NCBI GenBank assembly: GCA_010093705.1
Contig: MU006090.1
Coordinates: forward strand, 1,391,817-1,455,816
Origin: Patellaria atrata CBS 101060
Taxonomy: Eukaryota
Length of the DNA stretch: 64,000 nt
Reading direction: 5' to 3'
Positions 13,228 through 26,194 of this stretch are shown here, in pieces (within the stretch, counting starts at the first letter, position 1; every line of letters starts with the position of its first letter). The translations under genes and the position numbers were made by a program. The notes under the pieces were generated by a model. The model was not told the origin of the DNA. It made no database searches and saw nothing but the letters and a program-made list of their open reading frames with translations.

Positions 13228-15299
13228 ATGACACAATTCTTCAACTCCCCGTCGAGCCATTCGACCACGCCGAACGAGAAACGAGGATTCAGTGGATTAT
13301 CCTTGAGCTCGAACAAACCCGTCAGTGGCTCAAACAACCAGGTCTCTCAGAAGATCAAGAACTTCTTTAGGATAAACAGTCTCGGAAGTAGTGAGAGTAA
13401 AGATGCCAAGCAAAACGAAAATGGCACCTCCACTCCAAAGTCCGAAACAAGATCGATTTCCCGTCATTCTAGATTCCTCCCACATATCTCCCGTAACCGT
13501 TCTCAAACCGTCGCAAGTGAAGGAAACCCGCTCGAAGATGGTCTGTCCCCAGTAGCCCATGCGAACCCTTATTTCAACCACCAAGGTCTACCCGCAATAC
13601 GTCACCACAATGAAGGCAGTGTACCTCCGTCCCCCCCAGATACTCCTCGCACTCCTAAACAAGTGGATGCTGTGAGTGGTGCGAATGACAAAGCGACCAC
13701 AGCTGGCAAAGAAGAGTTGGCAAGAAAGCTTAGGCGAGTGGCCTCAGCACCAAATGCTCAAGGCTTATTCGTACATGGCAAGGGTGATGATAGGCCCCAG
13801 ACCGCAGAACTTGGAAAGGAACCTCTCGTGCAGCATGCTAATAACTCGACCTTGAGCATGGTAGAGGCTGCTTCAGATGGCCACCTTTTGCCAATACCGC
13901 CCACAACTGGCACCAATGGCATACCCTCTCCAGGTCAAATTCGTAATGCCGTCGCATTCAGGAGGACATACAGCTCCAATTCTATCAAAGTTCGAAACGT
14001 TGAAGTAGGTCCTGGTAGTTTCGATAAGATCAAATTGATTGGTAAGGGAGATGTAGGTAAGGTGTATCTGGTTCGTGAGAAGAAGTCCAGTAGACTTTTT
14101 GCCATGAAAGGTGAGGTATAACACGATGGTGCGCGAATAGTCATATGCTAATTTCCATTCCAGTACTCAGTAAGAAGGAGATGATCAAGCGTAATAAAAT
14201 CAAGCGCGCATTGGCCGAACAGGAAATTCTTGCTACTAGCAACCACCCCTTTATCGTGACGTTGTATCACTCTTTCCAATCCGAAGACCATCTCTATCTC
14301 TGTATGGAGTACTGCAGTGGTGGTGAATTCTTTCGGGCGCTCCAGACCCGCCCGAACAAATGTGTTGACGAGGATGCTGCTCGTTTCTATGCAGCAGAGG
14401 TGACTGCTGCGCTTGAATATCTTCATTTAATGGGATTCATTTACAGGGATCTCAAACCAGAAAGTACGTTGATATTCTTCCACCAACTCTTTATGCCGAG
14501 CTAATGGCAAAACTAGATATTCTGCTGCATCAATCCGGCCATATTATGTTGTCTGACTTCGATCTCTCCAAGCAATCGGATCCCGGTGGGAGACCTACGA
14601 TGATCTTGGGGAAGAGTGGTAGTTCATCTAATTCCCTACCTACCATTGACACGAAATCGTGTATCGCAAACTTCCGCACAAACTCTTTCGTCGGGACCGA
14701 GGAATACATTGCCCCTGAGGTCATTAAAGGATGCGGACACACGAGTGCAGTTGACTGGTGGACTCTCGGAATTCTTGTCTACGAAATGTTGTACGGTACG
14801 ACCCCTTTTAAGGGCAAAAACCGTAATGCGACTTTCGCCAACATTCTCCGCGACGATGTACCGTTTCCGGAAGGCGCAGGTCATCCTCAAATTTCTAAGT
14901 AAGTTCTCAATACGGTTCATGAACAGACAATATCTAATAGTTCATAGCTTGTGCAAATCGCTTATTCGAAAGCTGCTCATCAAGGATGAGCTCCGTCGGC
15001 TCGGATCTCGTGCCGGTGCTTCAGATGTCAAGACCCATCCTTTTTTCCGCACCACTCAATGGGCCTTACTACGTCATTCTAAACCTCCTATGGTTCCCCA
15101 TCAAGGCAGGGGAATTGATACCGTAAACTTCAGGAATGTGAAAGAGAGTCATAGCGTTGATATTAGTGCGAGCAAGGTCAAAGGTGTACCATTGGATAGT
15201 GGTTTGGCTACTCCAGGAAACGAGATTGCCGATCCGTTTGAAGAGTTCAACAGTGTGACACTTCATCATGATGGTGATGATCATCATGAGCAGAGGTAG
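13228..15299 (+). CDS. nrc-2: AGC-family Ser/Thr protein kinase nrc-2 (Fpk1/Kin82 ortholog)
   Basis: [69 protein letters not shown]. Introns 14111-14163, 14464-14516, 14899-14947. Start codon uncertain. Confidence 0.93.
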
Positions 15300-16038
15300 A
15301 TAGCCTTTTAGTGTTATTGAGGGTGTTTCCTTATGATGATGATTGTTGCGATGGCGGAAGATTAAGGAACAGGCGGAGGCAAAACTGGAGACCGGGAGAA
15401 ACATCACATCGCGGCGTATACCACGCCTCTTCCTCTGCCTTTACAGGCAATGTACCGAGTCGGCCTCAGTGCTCATACTCTACCTTTGAGTTTATCTACT
15501 CCTGGAGCAAGAAATGGATCTTGGGATTTCCTGCTCTTTTCCTGTTGCATGTCCATAGTTTGGCGTTGGACAGGTTCAACTGGGTGGAATGGCTACAGGC
15601 GTGTCATTCTCTATGAAATGCAATCTGCTGTGCTTCTATACCTCTGAGATCTTCGTGCTTTCAAAATTCGGTGAGATATTTTGTTGTATGACATAAATAC
15701 CCTTTTCCAGGGGTTCGGCATGATCTCGTGGAAAGAACGCGTCTTGGACCCCACCTCCACACTACCCGATATCTAAATGTACACACAATTATAGTCAACA
15801 TACTTCAATTATCACAGAGAACCTCCAATCGAATCTAGCTACATCTATCCGTTCGGAGGCCTAAAAACCGCACCCAAAGATCCTGCTTTCCCACCTTGTC
15901 CCGCCCGCTCTTCCACTGCCTTAACCGCAACCGCAACCGCAACCGCAACCACAACCTCCAACCCGGCGCTCATTTCGCATCCCTCCTTCAGCTCAAACTT
16001 CAGACAATTTTCCTCCCACCATAAAATAACAACGCACA

Positions 16039-16422
16039 ATGTCCTCTCCACCTGCCGAATCCGTTACCCCTTCCCCGCTCCCCACTTCTACCCCAACCGG
16101 TCCCGGCGCAGACACCCTCTCCCCGCTGGAACAAGAGCTATTAGACGAATATGCACGATTGGTTGGGAATTTGAATAATGTAAGGACCCTACATTCTCCC
16201 CACACATGAACTCCAACATCAGTAGACCATGAGACTAAGACTGGACCGAAACAGTTATCCTCCCTCCTCTCTTCCCTGGCTACATCCCCCTCAGCTGAGA
16301 TATTGGATCAGTTGAGGGGACTGGAGAGGAAGACTGCGCTGGTGTTCACGCTTCTCAAAGCGAGCGTGTACTCGATTGTGCTACAGCAGCAGATTTTGGG
16401 GGAGGGGGAAGGCGGGGTCTGA
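16039..16422 (+). CDS. DAD3: DASH/Dam1 kinetochore complex subunit Dad3
   Basis: Not in the ORF track. Exons 16039-16179 and 16255-16422 give 102 aa: ...LSPLEQELLDEYARLVGNLNN|LSSLL...ILDQLRGLERKTALVFTLLKASVYSIVLQQQ. Confidence 0.9.
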
Positions 16423-16866
16423 ACTGAGTTGGGGGTTTTAGGGAGTGCTTTTTCATGATACCCAAGTTTCGGTTAGGACTTTTTTGAGGTTGTGCGAGTT
16501 CGGAGGGTTAAACAGTACGATGGGAGCGTGCAGTTGCTGGTCTCTCGACATGTACGCGATAGTTGATATGATGTGTACTGAACCGCGACTAGTACGTCCT
16601 GGCGGGATTAGAATGCGGATGGAAAGAGGATGCAACTTCGGAGTCAGAAATAGGGTTATGTACAACTACTACAAGGATGTGCTTAGGATATACAGTCGAG
16701 TGGAACTCCTCTAAACGCTGTATAATGCTCTACTTATTTGCATATTCGCCATATGAGGCTCAGTATGCAGGACCATACAAACAGCCGAACACCTGTCTTA
16801 TCTTACAAACAAACTTACGATATCTACGAACGGAATTCGGACTCTGGTATTCGTCTTCAAAGACAC

Positions 16867-18268
16867 CTATAGTACCTGGCCAGCGTAGTACACCTTTCGC
16901 ACATCGACCATCTTCCGGCCCCTTGCTCTAGCAATATCTTCAGGATTCTTCTGCCTCATTAACGCTTCAAATGTAGCCTTGACGACGTTCATCTTGTTGC
17001 GCGACCTCATAACTTTAGCAGATAGGTCGTATATTCCCGCCACCCTCGCTATCTCGAAGATGAGATGCTGGCACCTAAGGCCGAATCCTACAATCATAGA
17101 GCCATTAGCAAATCCCATTCAGCTAATTTAACAGGGCAAACTCACCAGGGGGTCTTTGACACAACTTCAACTCCACTGCGCCCACCTTCCCCTCCACATC
17201 GCCATAGATAGTCCTCTGCTCGTACCGCGGGATCGCCTTCATATTCCTGATCGCCGCCATCCTCGCGCCCATCGAAGCCTCATTCGGCTCTACTGATTTG
17301 CTCTCCCCGATTCCGAGAAGCCCGTTCCCGTTCCCGGCAACCGCAAGGATGTACGCACTCCTTATTTTACCCATGCGCGTCTGGTTCACGACGAAATGGT
17401 CCACCAAGATCTTAACCCTGACCTTGCGGATCTCATCTAGGGAGAGCCCAGTTTGTTGGGCGAGCCGGATGAGGCGAGGATCGGTATCATCAGAATCAGA
17501 GGAATACTTGACGCTGGGGTCGTCGATCTTAGGGATCGTGGGGGCAAGGGCGCTGAATGCGGGCCCGTCAAGCTTCTTGCGTACGGCTTCGGAGACCGGG
17601 TCGTCGGCGACGAAGTAGTTGGAGGTTGAGTGCACGGTGGATTGGTATATCGCGTCCCATTTCTCCCACCCGCCGACTTGGGACATCAGTCTCGATTCTT
17701 GGGCTTCGCGGCGCTCGCGGCTCAGGGAATTGTCTTGGTCCAGCTTGAGCATCTCGCTGCCGACTGAGAGGATCTGATCCCGCATTCCGGGCTCAGCGTC
17801 CAGGAGTGAGTTGGAGATATTGTTGGCCATCTCGGTCGGTTTCGCGATGCGTAGTTTCTTGGGATCGAAACCGGGAGGGAGGTCTTCCCGTAAAGGCTTA
17901 TCGACGAGAGGATGGTGCCGCGAGAAATCGTCGAGGTAGTTCAGTCGCCATGGGTCGTCTCTAAATGCAGCCTGTGTCGCTAGATCTCGCGGGTCGATGG
18001 AGGTCTCGCCAGCTTCGATTGCGGCGAGCTGTTCGGGGGAGTATTTGTGAGGCAGGAGGTTTTTGTCGGCCTCGGTGTAGGGCTTGAATTTCGAGGCCTG
18101 TTCGTCTATCAATCCAAGCTCTGAAGCTTTAATGCTTGGATAGTGCGGACGTCGTCGTTTTTGCTTGGGAGAGCTGCAATGGAAGGATCGTATAGGGATG
18201 GTGGTGGTGGATTTAGGTACGGAGGATGCGGAGAAGAGGCAGCGTGCTGCCGGCCGTGATATGCTCAT
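16867..18268 (-). CDS. MRPS5: Mitochondrial ribosomal protein uS5m
   Basis: Mitochondrial presequence; VVNQTRMGKIRS..VAGNGNGLLGIGE, IPRYEQRTIYGD, RPPG|FGLRC (intron 17145-17088), RGRKMVDVRKVYY. Confidence 0.92.
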
Positions 18269-18495
18269 TATAGCCCTTTAGATCTCCCGATGGAATTGGG
18301 AAGTTAGATGATGCTCTCAAAGAGCAATTGTGGTTGTGAGTAAATACTTCCTGGTGGTTGGTTGATGGGATTGAAGATCTCATCAAAAAATGTCGTGAGC
18401 CGCGTCGGTTGTTCACTTTTGGGAATTTCCGCTACCACTTTTTTCTGGCAAACAATCTACAACTTCCCCAGCTTACGACCACAGTGCCTCAACGC

Positions 18496-20229
18496 ATGTT
18501 TAAACCTCAATCGATTCGAGCGCTCAGGAGTATTCCTTTGGTTTTTCTAAGAGGTGCATGTCTCGGACCATCAATCATGGACTCCGTGGAGAAGACTAAC
18601 AGCGTTTTCCCTAACGCGTCGAAGAAGAGGAGCTTCAATGAGGGGAAACGGCATTTCAAAAAGAATAAGAAGCAAAAGGGTAATCCGTTAGGAACTGAGG
18701 GTTCAAACGAAGAAGTGTTACTTGCAGACATACGTGCATTGCTCCAAAGACAGACCCTCAACGATACAAGTGCATCAGATTCCACTCAAGCACTACCCGA
18801 ACTATTTGCAGAGCTTGATGTCACGGTATCGGAGATCTCATCCACAGGAGACGGACTGGCATTTGCCCCAAACACCAAACATGTATATGTAGTTCCATTT
18901 ACTGCTCCAGGCGACACAGTAACCGCCAAAATCTACAAACAATTTCACGACGAGTCCTATTCCCTCGCAGATTTCGTCAAGGTAGTTACTCCGTCAACTC
19001 ACCGCGATAGTAGTCTAGTGCGCTGCCCGTACTTTTCTACCTGTTCTGGATGCCAGTTTCAGATGCTACCTTACGAATACCAGCTCAATCATAAAAAGAC
19101 CATTGTGGAGAAGGCGTATCGTAACTTTTCAAAGTTGAAAGCAGAACTTATACCTCCGGTTGGGAACACAATCGGTTCTCCTTTGCAATATGGATACCGA
19201 ACAAAGTTGACGCCACATTTTGACGGTCCCCCAGACGCAAAGCATAGCGATGGAAGAAATGGGATCAGAAGAACTTTCAAAGAGGTGCCGCCCATTGGAT
19301 ACATGAAAAAGGGTACGCGAACTACGATTGATATAGAGGAGTGCCCTATAGGGACAGAAGCTGTGCAGATGGGTTTACGGAGGGAAAGGAGAAAAGTGGC
19401 TGAAAACCTACAGAAATACAGTCGTGGAGTGACTATCCTGCTCCGTGAGAGTACAAAACGAATACCGAACGATGCTCTAAGCGGAGCAGATTCGAAAAGC
19501 AGTACGACAGACACTGATGATGTGATCCTCGAAGACCGAGGCCCACATATACACCAGAAGAATTGCATTTCAGACCAGAATGCTGTCTCAACCGAATATG
19601 TTGACGACTTCGTTTTTACTAATCCAGCAGGATCCTTCTTCCAGAACAATAATTCAATACTTCCGGTTTTTACCCAATACATCCGCGACAATATTCTTCC
19701 CAAGGATGCCTCTGAGAACAAAATTACGAATCTAATAGACGCTTACTCAGGAAGTGGACTATTCACTGTCACACTCTCTTCCATGTTTAAGAAGAGCCTT
19801 GGAATAGATGTTGCAGCGAAGTCGATAGAGTTCGCTTCCAAGAACGCACGTCTAAATGGTCTAGATGCTTCCCGTGCCTCATTCATCGCCGCAGACGCAG
19901 CGGACCTCTTCGCCAAAATTGACTTTCCGGGTGATGAGACAGCTGTGGTTATCGATCCATCGAGGAAAGGCTGTGATGAAAGCTTCCTTAGGCAGTTACT
20001 CAGATATAGCCCAGCGAGGATAGTGTATGTAAGCTGCAACGTCCATACACAAGCGCGGGATGTGGGTTTCCTGGTTAGGGGAATGGATGGCGTAGACGGT
20101 GGGTTTGGTGCGGGAAAAGGAGCTTATGAGATAGAGAGCTTGATAGGCTTTGATTTCTTCCCGCAGACGGGCCATGTTGAAGGTGTCGCTGTCCTCAAGC
20201 GTAAGGTTACCAGAAAGAGGGAGAATTAA
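18496..20229 (+). CDS. TRM2: tRNA (uracil-5-)-methyltransferase Trm2
   Basis: TRAM domain, CPYFSTCSGCQFQ, YGYRTKLTPHF, SFFQNN, IDAYSGSGLF, IDPSRKG, YVSCN, FDFFPQTGHVE. In-frame ATGs at 18496 and 18577. Confidence 0.93.
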   Translation: MFKPQSIRALRSIPLVFLRGACLGPSIMDSVEKTNSVFPNASKKRSFNEGKRHFKKNKKQKGNPLGTEGSNEEVLLADIRALLQRQTLNDTSASDSTQALPELFAELDVTVSEISSTGDGLAFAPNTKHVYVVPFTAPGDTVTAKIYKQFHDESYSLADFVKVVTPSTHRDSSLVRCPYFSTCSGCQFQMLPYEYQLNHKKTIVEKAYRNFSKLKAELIPPVGNTIGSPLQYGYRTKLTPHFDGPPDAKHSDGRNGIRRTFKEVPPIGYMKKGTRTTIDIEECPIGTEAVQMGLRRERRKVAENLQKYSRGVTILLRESTKRIPNDALSGADSKSSTTDTDDVILEDRGPHIHQKNCISDQNAVSTEYVDDFVFTNPAGSFFQNNNSILPVFTQYIRDNILPKDASENKITNLIDAYSGSGLFTVTLSSMFKKSLGIDVAAKSIEFASKNARLNGLDASRASFIAADAADLFAKIDFPGDETAVVIDPSRKGCDESFLRQLLRYSPARIVYVSCNVHTQARDVGFLVRGMDGVDGGFGAGKGAYEIESLIGFDFFPQTGHVEGVAVLKRKVTRKREN

Positions 20230-21017
20230 AGGTCTTGTAAGTCAACTTATCTTACTCTAATAGGGATGAATGGGCTGCAATGTCTTTGCAAAGCTGAAAG
20301 TGGCAGTGCTATTACTTCCATTCCCTTTTACAAACACCTTGTCCATATCCGCTATAAATCCAGTTGACGATCACGTGCTGATGTACCGTCCGATATTGTA
20401 CCGAACGGATATTAAAAGAAGCATGAAACCTCCACGGGTCTCCCTTGATCGCTCTAACGGTCTTGCTAGTTCTAACGCAACAGCTGTCCATAAAAAAAGC
20501 TTGTTACCCGGTCTTTATACCATCAGAGTTCCTCCCTAAGGATTCTAACTTGCTGTCACACGCGTCATGCACCTTTCCACCTGCCCATTCCCTAAAGGCA
20601 TAGCTTTAAGCTACCCTCTACGAGTAGGAGCTCGAGACTTCATCACGCCTCGTACATCAACCACACCTACAACATTTACATCCGGGTTTTCTCTTCACAT
20701 GGTCACAAATGTAGATTGCATCTCCTCCAGTCTTTGGAGCAGGTAAGCTCATAGTATTCTCCTACTGGGTAATGAAATGCCAAGTACGTCAGGGGAAGGT
20801 AGGTGATTTGCGCTGGGGAATATATCATGCATCCCAGGGTTCCTAGTCGTTTGTTACTTTATAAATGTGTCCAAGGTAGGAGTTGCGGAGGTTGTTTACG
20901 CGCTTTCTCCTCTTTGCTCTTTCCTCTTCATCGAGTGCTAGTATATCGTTTTACCTTTTGCCGTGCTCAAGTGTAAGCTTGCAACCATCGATATCTCTAT
21001 ATCCTTTTTCTTTAATC

Positions 21018-22252
21018 ATGCGCTCGTTTACCGCCTGGATCGTGTCGCTCTTTGTGCTCACGGAGACTACCTCTGCTATTAATATCCTTCTAAATAACGA
21101 CGATGGGTTTGCCAGCGCCAACCTGCGGGAGCTGTACCGGTATATGAAGCAACAGGGACATAACGGTAGGCTTACATACCAGTAAAACTCACAAAGTATC
21201 TAATGCTAACGAGTGTAGTCTGGATTGTCGCGCCTTCCAACCAACAAAGCGGTCAAGGCGGCCGAGTACAGACTGATCCGTCCCATAAAGCCTTTTTACA
21301 AGTAGTAACCTCCAACAGTCCTCCTTCACCTCCAGCCGCAACCTCACCCGCCCCTCTGACTATGATATTATCCCCAAAGGTGCACCCTCAGTCCGTCTCC
21401 CATTCCCATCCACCCACGTAAACTAGGACCCGTGACAGCCCCATTAATATTTCCTAGGTCGGTCCTGATCCTGAAGACCCCCACATCTGGTATTACGATG
21501 GGACTCCCGCCGCCTGCGGCTTCGTAGGCTTGGACTACGTACTCCCCAGATTCGGCGACTTCGAGGTCCCCGACCTCATCCTCACCGGGCCGAACTTCGG
21601 AAACAACCTCGGTCCGTTCCTCTTCACCCTTTCCGGCACTCTCGGCGCAGCCTACACGGCCGTCGAGCGTTCTGTACCCGCCATCGCGTTCTCAGGATCC
21701 AACGGCGGGCAGAGTTATAAGGACTTAACGGACGAGGAGAACCCGGCGAGCTGGACGGCTAAAGTCGCAGCAAAGATAGCCCAGCAATTCATCAACGCCA
21801 CGGAACCCGGCAACCGGATTCTCCCCCTCGGCTACGGCGTTTCCGTCAATATTCCCCCTCTCACCAGCTCATACCACGACCCTCCAATCGTCCTGACGCG
21901 CATCACAGGTGGCGCGCGCGTCGACGCGGCGGTCTACAACGAAGAAAAAGGAACCTTCGAATACGGCAGCGGCCCGAACGTAGACGGGGCAAACCAGTGC
22001 ATCAACGGCGACTGTAACTTACCGGGTGAGTCGATCGTCGTAGGTGATGACAAGGTCTCAGTGAGCGTTTTCACAGTGGACTATGATGCGCCCCTGGGCG
22101 AGAAGACGACCGCGGTACAGGAGAAGGTGAAGGTCCTTACGGAGAGGTTTGAGACTAGCGAGGCGAGGAGACGCGCGGCGCCGTATTGGAGACCAGAGGG
22201 TGGGGATACGGGGTTTAAGGGCGTACCGAGGAGAACGTGGGATCGGGATTGA
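21018..22252 (+). CDS. Secreted SurE-like 5'/3'-nucleotidase / acid phosphatase
   Basis: Signal peptide, NILLNNDDG, VAP..QSGQG, YDGTPAAC, GPNFGNNLG, SGTLGAA; three short introns in the 5' part. Confidence 0.88.
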
Positions 22253-23508
22253 TGTAGACGTCTAATGAATGTGTGACAGGACGTGAAAGGCTAGTGTTTG
22301 TATCTCCTTCTTCTTTTTACCGTAGTTAGTGTTTCTAGGTCCTGTTACGCTTGTTATACACGCAATAGTATATTGTTAATCATCCCCATCCTATATTTCG
22401 TTACTCCGTATACCTAATTTAGAGATTGAATTCACTTATAGGTAGGTGTATAGTACGATGTAAACTTTTAAATATAGCTCGAGCCGCCCCTTAGTCTAAT
22501 ACTATACTTAGGTTAAATAATTAAGAATCGTGGTTTCCCTTTTTTCTACCTACTATAAAGTATAGTACCCGATACTCCCCGATACTTACTTCCGCGCCGG
22601 ATACTCTCTGATACGCACTTCTGTACCGGATACTCGCTAGTAGATACCTAGTACTATAACACGTATTACTCTTATATCTGAGTTTAAACTTATTTTCTAA
22701 CACGTAGTATATAGCAAGATATAAAAGGACATGGAAAGAAGAGTATTTAAGTCGACTCGCTATCCTAGTCCGAGCTTTTATTATAGTACTTAGAAATACT
22801 TTTTGATCGAGGGACGCGAGATAGATGGCTTCTTAGTTACTGCATGCTTTTGTGAGTAGGAGAGTGTGATTATCGAATAGATCGGTCTTTTGTTCGTCAG
22901 GACAGAAAAGTCAGACGCTCTTTATCACTCACGGGAAACGCGGTAGGACTCGCACACTCCGGGCGATTTTTTATTTATTTTTTTTGTTGCTGGGGGGGGG
23001 GGGGAATGGGCTATCATCTCCCCCGTCACGGTTAGGGTTTCTCGGTCTCTGTCTGATTATCGAATGGCTGCTGGTAGATTGTTAATCATGTAGTATCAGC
23101 GACTCGATAATCTGAACTGCGAAGTTCTATGTAGCGCTCGTGGTCATTGGAAAAGTTTCGAACTCATATAGGGGAACTGGGAACACCACTTCGAGAGCGA
23201 GACTATAATAGGTTGGGAATGCGGCAACGAGGGGAAAGATAGGAGGAAAGATAGGGGAAAAGGGTTCATGGTGAAGTAACCACAGGGGAGAGCTCAACAA
23301 TGGGTTATGTAGTTGAAGAATTGTGGGTACGCGGTTGTATTTTAACCTCTACGTAAGAAAATACTGTTTCCCAGCCCCTATGCGTGTCTTCTGAAAGTGG
23401 TACTCGCCAACGAACCGGATTTGCCTATGCTACGCGCCAATTCACGTCATAGCAAAGTTCGAATAGACCGAATCTCACGTCAATTGATCATTCGGACACA
23501 TATCCAGC

Positions 23509-24339
23509 TTACATGGAGCTGTTCACTAAACGACAGTCAGATGTTGGTTCACCCCAATCCAGCGTCTTATAGCAAGGAAATTCGGTTCCATGAGAGTGAT
23601 AGTAGCAATTACTGTTAGAATCCCATGGCGGGATACCAGGAAGCCGACCCCAGGTTTTCTTCGACAGTGATCGGACAAGTCCCATCAGGAAATCTTTAGG
23701 TAGATCATCAGCAGTCTGTCTGTCCAGTGATTCGGAAAAATCTGAATATGTACATTTGTCGACCATAATGCGGCGTAAGGGAGAAGAGGGAGCTGTGCCG
23801 TAGTAAATGGAATACGTGAGCGAAACGGGAATCTTGCTGTTCTCTTCCATCTTCTGACTAAACGTGTCCATCATAATGTCTTTGAACGGATGATCTAGAA
23901 TCCTATCCCCAAAGAGGTATGCGTTGATAAGGAAACTATAGAAAGAAGTACCACTGGGATCACGTTCTGAGGTATAGACTGCATTCGTATAGAGCCAACA
24001 CTGATAGAGGTCGAAGGTCTCCGAGCTAACATCATTGAAGCGCACGATCTTTTCTTCCCCTTCCTTCCATTCCTTTTTCATAGCGCTTCGGAAGAACAAC
24101 GATGTCTTCGTCAAGATCGACTCATGAATAAGGTACTTTGAGTCCAATCTTTTGCCAACAAGGATGACCACACCAGATGAGCCGAGTCTGGACTGTGTCA
24201 ACTACAACCATATTGCCTGAAGCTGTATCGGTGTAGGATCACTTCTTTACCTCGATCGTTCTTTGAGCGTCAATCGCTGCTTCTTTACTACCTTGCCATC
24301 CTCACCGCCATCTTTAACCGTTGCAATTTTCGAGGTCAT
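23509..24339 (-). CDS. BTB/POZ-domain protein (fungal lineage-specific family)
   Basis: Exon 1 24339-24251, intron 24250-24188. VILVG..YLIHESILTKTSLFFRSAMKKEWKEG..FDLYQCWLY, AYLFGDRILD, YYGTAPSSPLRR, C-terminal CYYHSH. Confidence 0.85.
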
Positions 24340-25423
24340 GGCCAGTCTTCAGCACTCGCAAGGGCGCTCGAAATAACTAAGATTTGGCGTTTACTCTTGT
24401 ACTTGATTGGAACCCTCCACTAAGAGAAAATTACGCTGCAATGCCCAGGGCAATTGGGCGGTAGGAGGACATGAGAGTGAGTGAGTTAGAGAAAGAGAGA
24501 TGTGTGAGCTTGAATTGAGATTTTAGTAAAGATCGAGTGTTTAAAAGGGAAGGAAGGACCTATTCCTGCTGAACCAAACGAACCTCGTTTGTCGCGTGCT
24601 CACACCCTTCAATTTTAAGCCGAACATAAAGTAAACGTCGCCCTGCAAACCTCAGTAAGATTCTTTAGGAAGTACATGACTACCCATTCCTTCACTGTAT
24701 GCATACTGCCACACGTAACAGCTAACCTGACGAGCCAGACTACCATCTTTACAGCTAAGTTGAACCCATTACGCTCATGAGTGTATAGTAAGGTAGTAGT
24801 GGTTTCCTAAACAAATGGATAGCTCGGGAGATAACTGATCCCAGTCCTGAACAGACGGAGACCTCTATTTATACGATTTGACTCTTGTGCTACTGTACTT
24901 TAGGATGAGAACTCGCTGACACAATCGCTAACTCTAGGTATTCCGTAGCTTTTCGGAATCTATGTGATCGAGACTACCCGCGGCTATGAATCTACCCGTA
25001 TGTGCTACTTGTAGACAAAGGATAGATTCAGGAAGCCATACTAAAGTAACCATATATTTAGAAAGAGAGTCATAGGAAAAAGAGCAGTATCTATTGCATT
25101 TTGAGGGGACCACATCGTTAGCTCCCGTGTGATGCTGTTAGGATATGGAATGAAGGAAAATTCGAGATAAGTGCGTCAGCAATGACAGATTTTGGGCCAT
25201 AGAGCCTTCCCAATAATAGATCGTAGCCTAGAACCTCATGATGATAGTTGAATATGACCGAGATGACCAAAACCTATTCAACTCTCGTTTTCGTACAAAT
25301 GATCTGGGGCGCCTGCCGAGCCCTGAATTCGGAATCCTAGTATATGCTACCAAAAGTCATCAGCCTGATTCGCATCTACTGCAGGCCCCGTATAGCGTAA
25401 GAGCCTTGCAGCATGCCACTATT

Positions 25424-26194
25424 TCAGGGTCTAATAGCAAGCATCATCTTTCCCATGGCTGTGATATGCACATCCAATCGTTGGCAGGTACAACTTTTAG
25501 GCTGCTTCTTGATACTGTCCACTTTAAGGTCTTGAACGCAGAATAGAGATAGTTCGAATAGGAACTCATGATTTACTCCCTCTGGGGAATATTCTTGGAG
25601 TATGCTGCTGATATCTTCATACGTGAATATGTCTATGACGAGACGCCGGAAGGGAGAAGAACGAAGGGTATTAAAGAACACCTTATTGGAACGCTCGATA
25701 GTAAGTGCTTGGTAATTCCATGCATGTGTGATCAAAGTGATACTATCAATGACACGATCCTTAAAAATCGTATCTTGAATCCTGTCACCGAAAAGATACG
25801 CGGAGGAGAGAAGATCCCAGAATTTGTCGCGGTCCATCGCTCCTCTTGAGGGAAGGCCATTCCAGAAGAGCCATTTCTGGTAGAACCCGAACACATCGGG
25901 AGTAACATTAGGAAGGGTAATCACGCGCTCAAGTGACCCTTCCTAAGCATCTTCTATAGCATCTTGAAAGTAGATCGAACTTCGAGTCAATATCAGCTGA
26001 TAGTTGATAAACTTCGCCTTTGGATTTGTCTCAAGTTGGATGGTCACAAAATCGAACCCGAGGCTATATGGAGTTAGAAGCATCCAAAGCAAGATCTCTT
26101 ATGAGACTTCTTACTCCTGGGCATCCTACGGCCTCAGGCATTGCTTTTTAGTAACCTTTCCGTCCGAATCCACAGCTCGCGCTTTGGAAGCTAT
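25424..26194 (-). pseudogene. BTB/POZ-domain paralog, pseudogene
   Basis: Same exon structure as the adjacent BTB gene (intron 26114-26064, phase 2). The start codon is ATA (26194), there are in-frame TAG stops at 26126-26128 and 25943-25945, and a frameshift near 25490 precedes CAYHSHG. Confidence 0.85.

Noticed and set aside
15845..16205. Minus-strand ORFs with an AVAVAV tract
   Set aside because: Explained by an (ACCGCA)n microsatellite and by antisense overlap with DAD3.
22966..23040. Poly-T, poly-G run and one TTAGGG
   Set aside because: Simple homopolymers; a single telomere unit is not significant.
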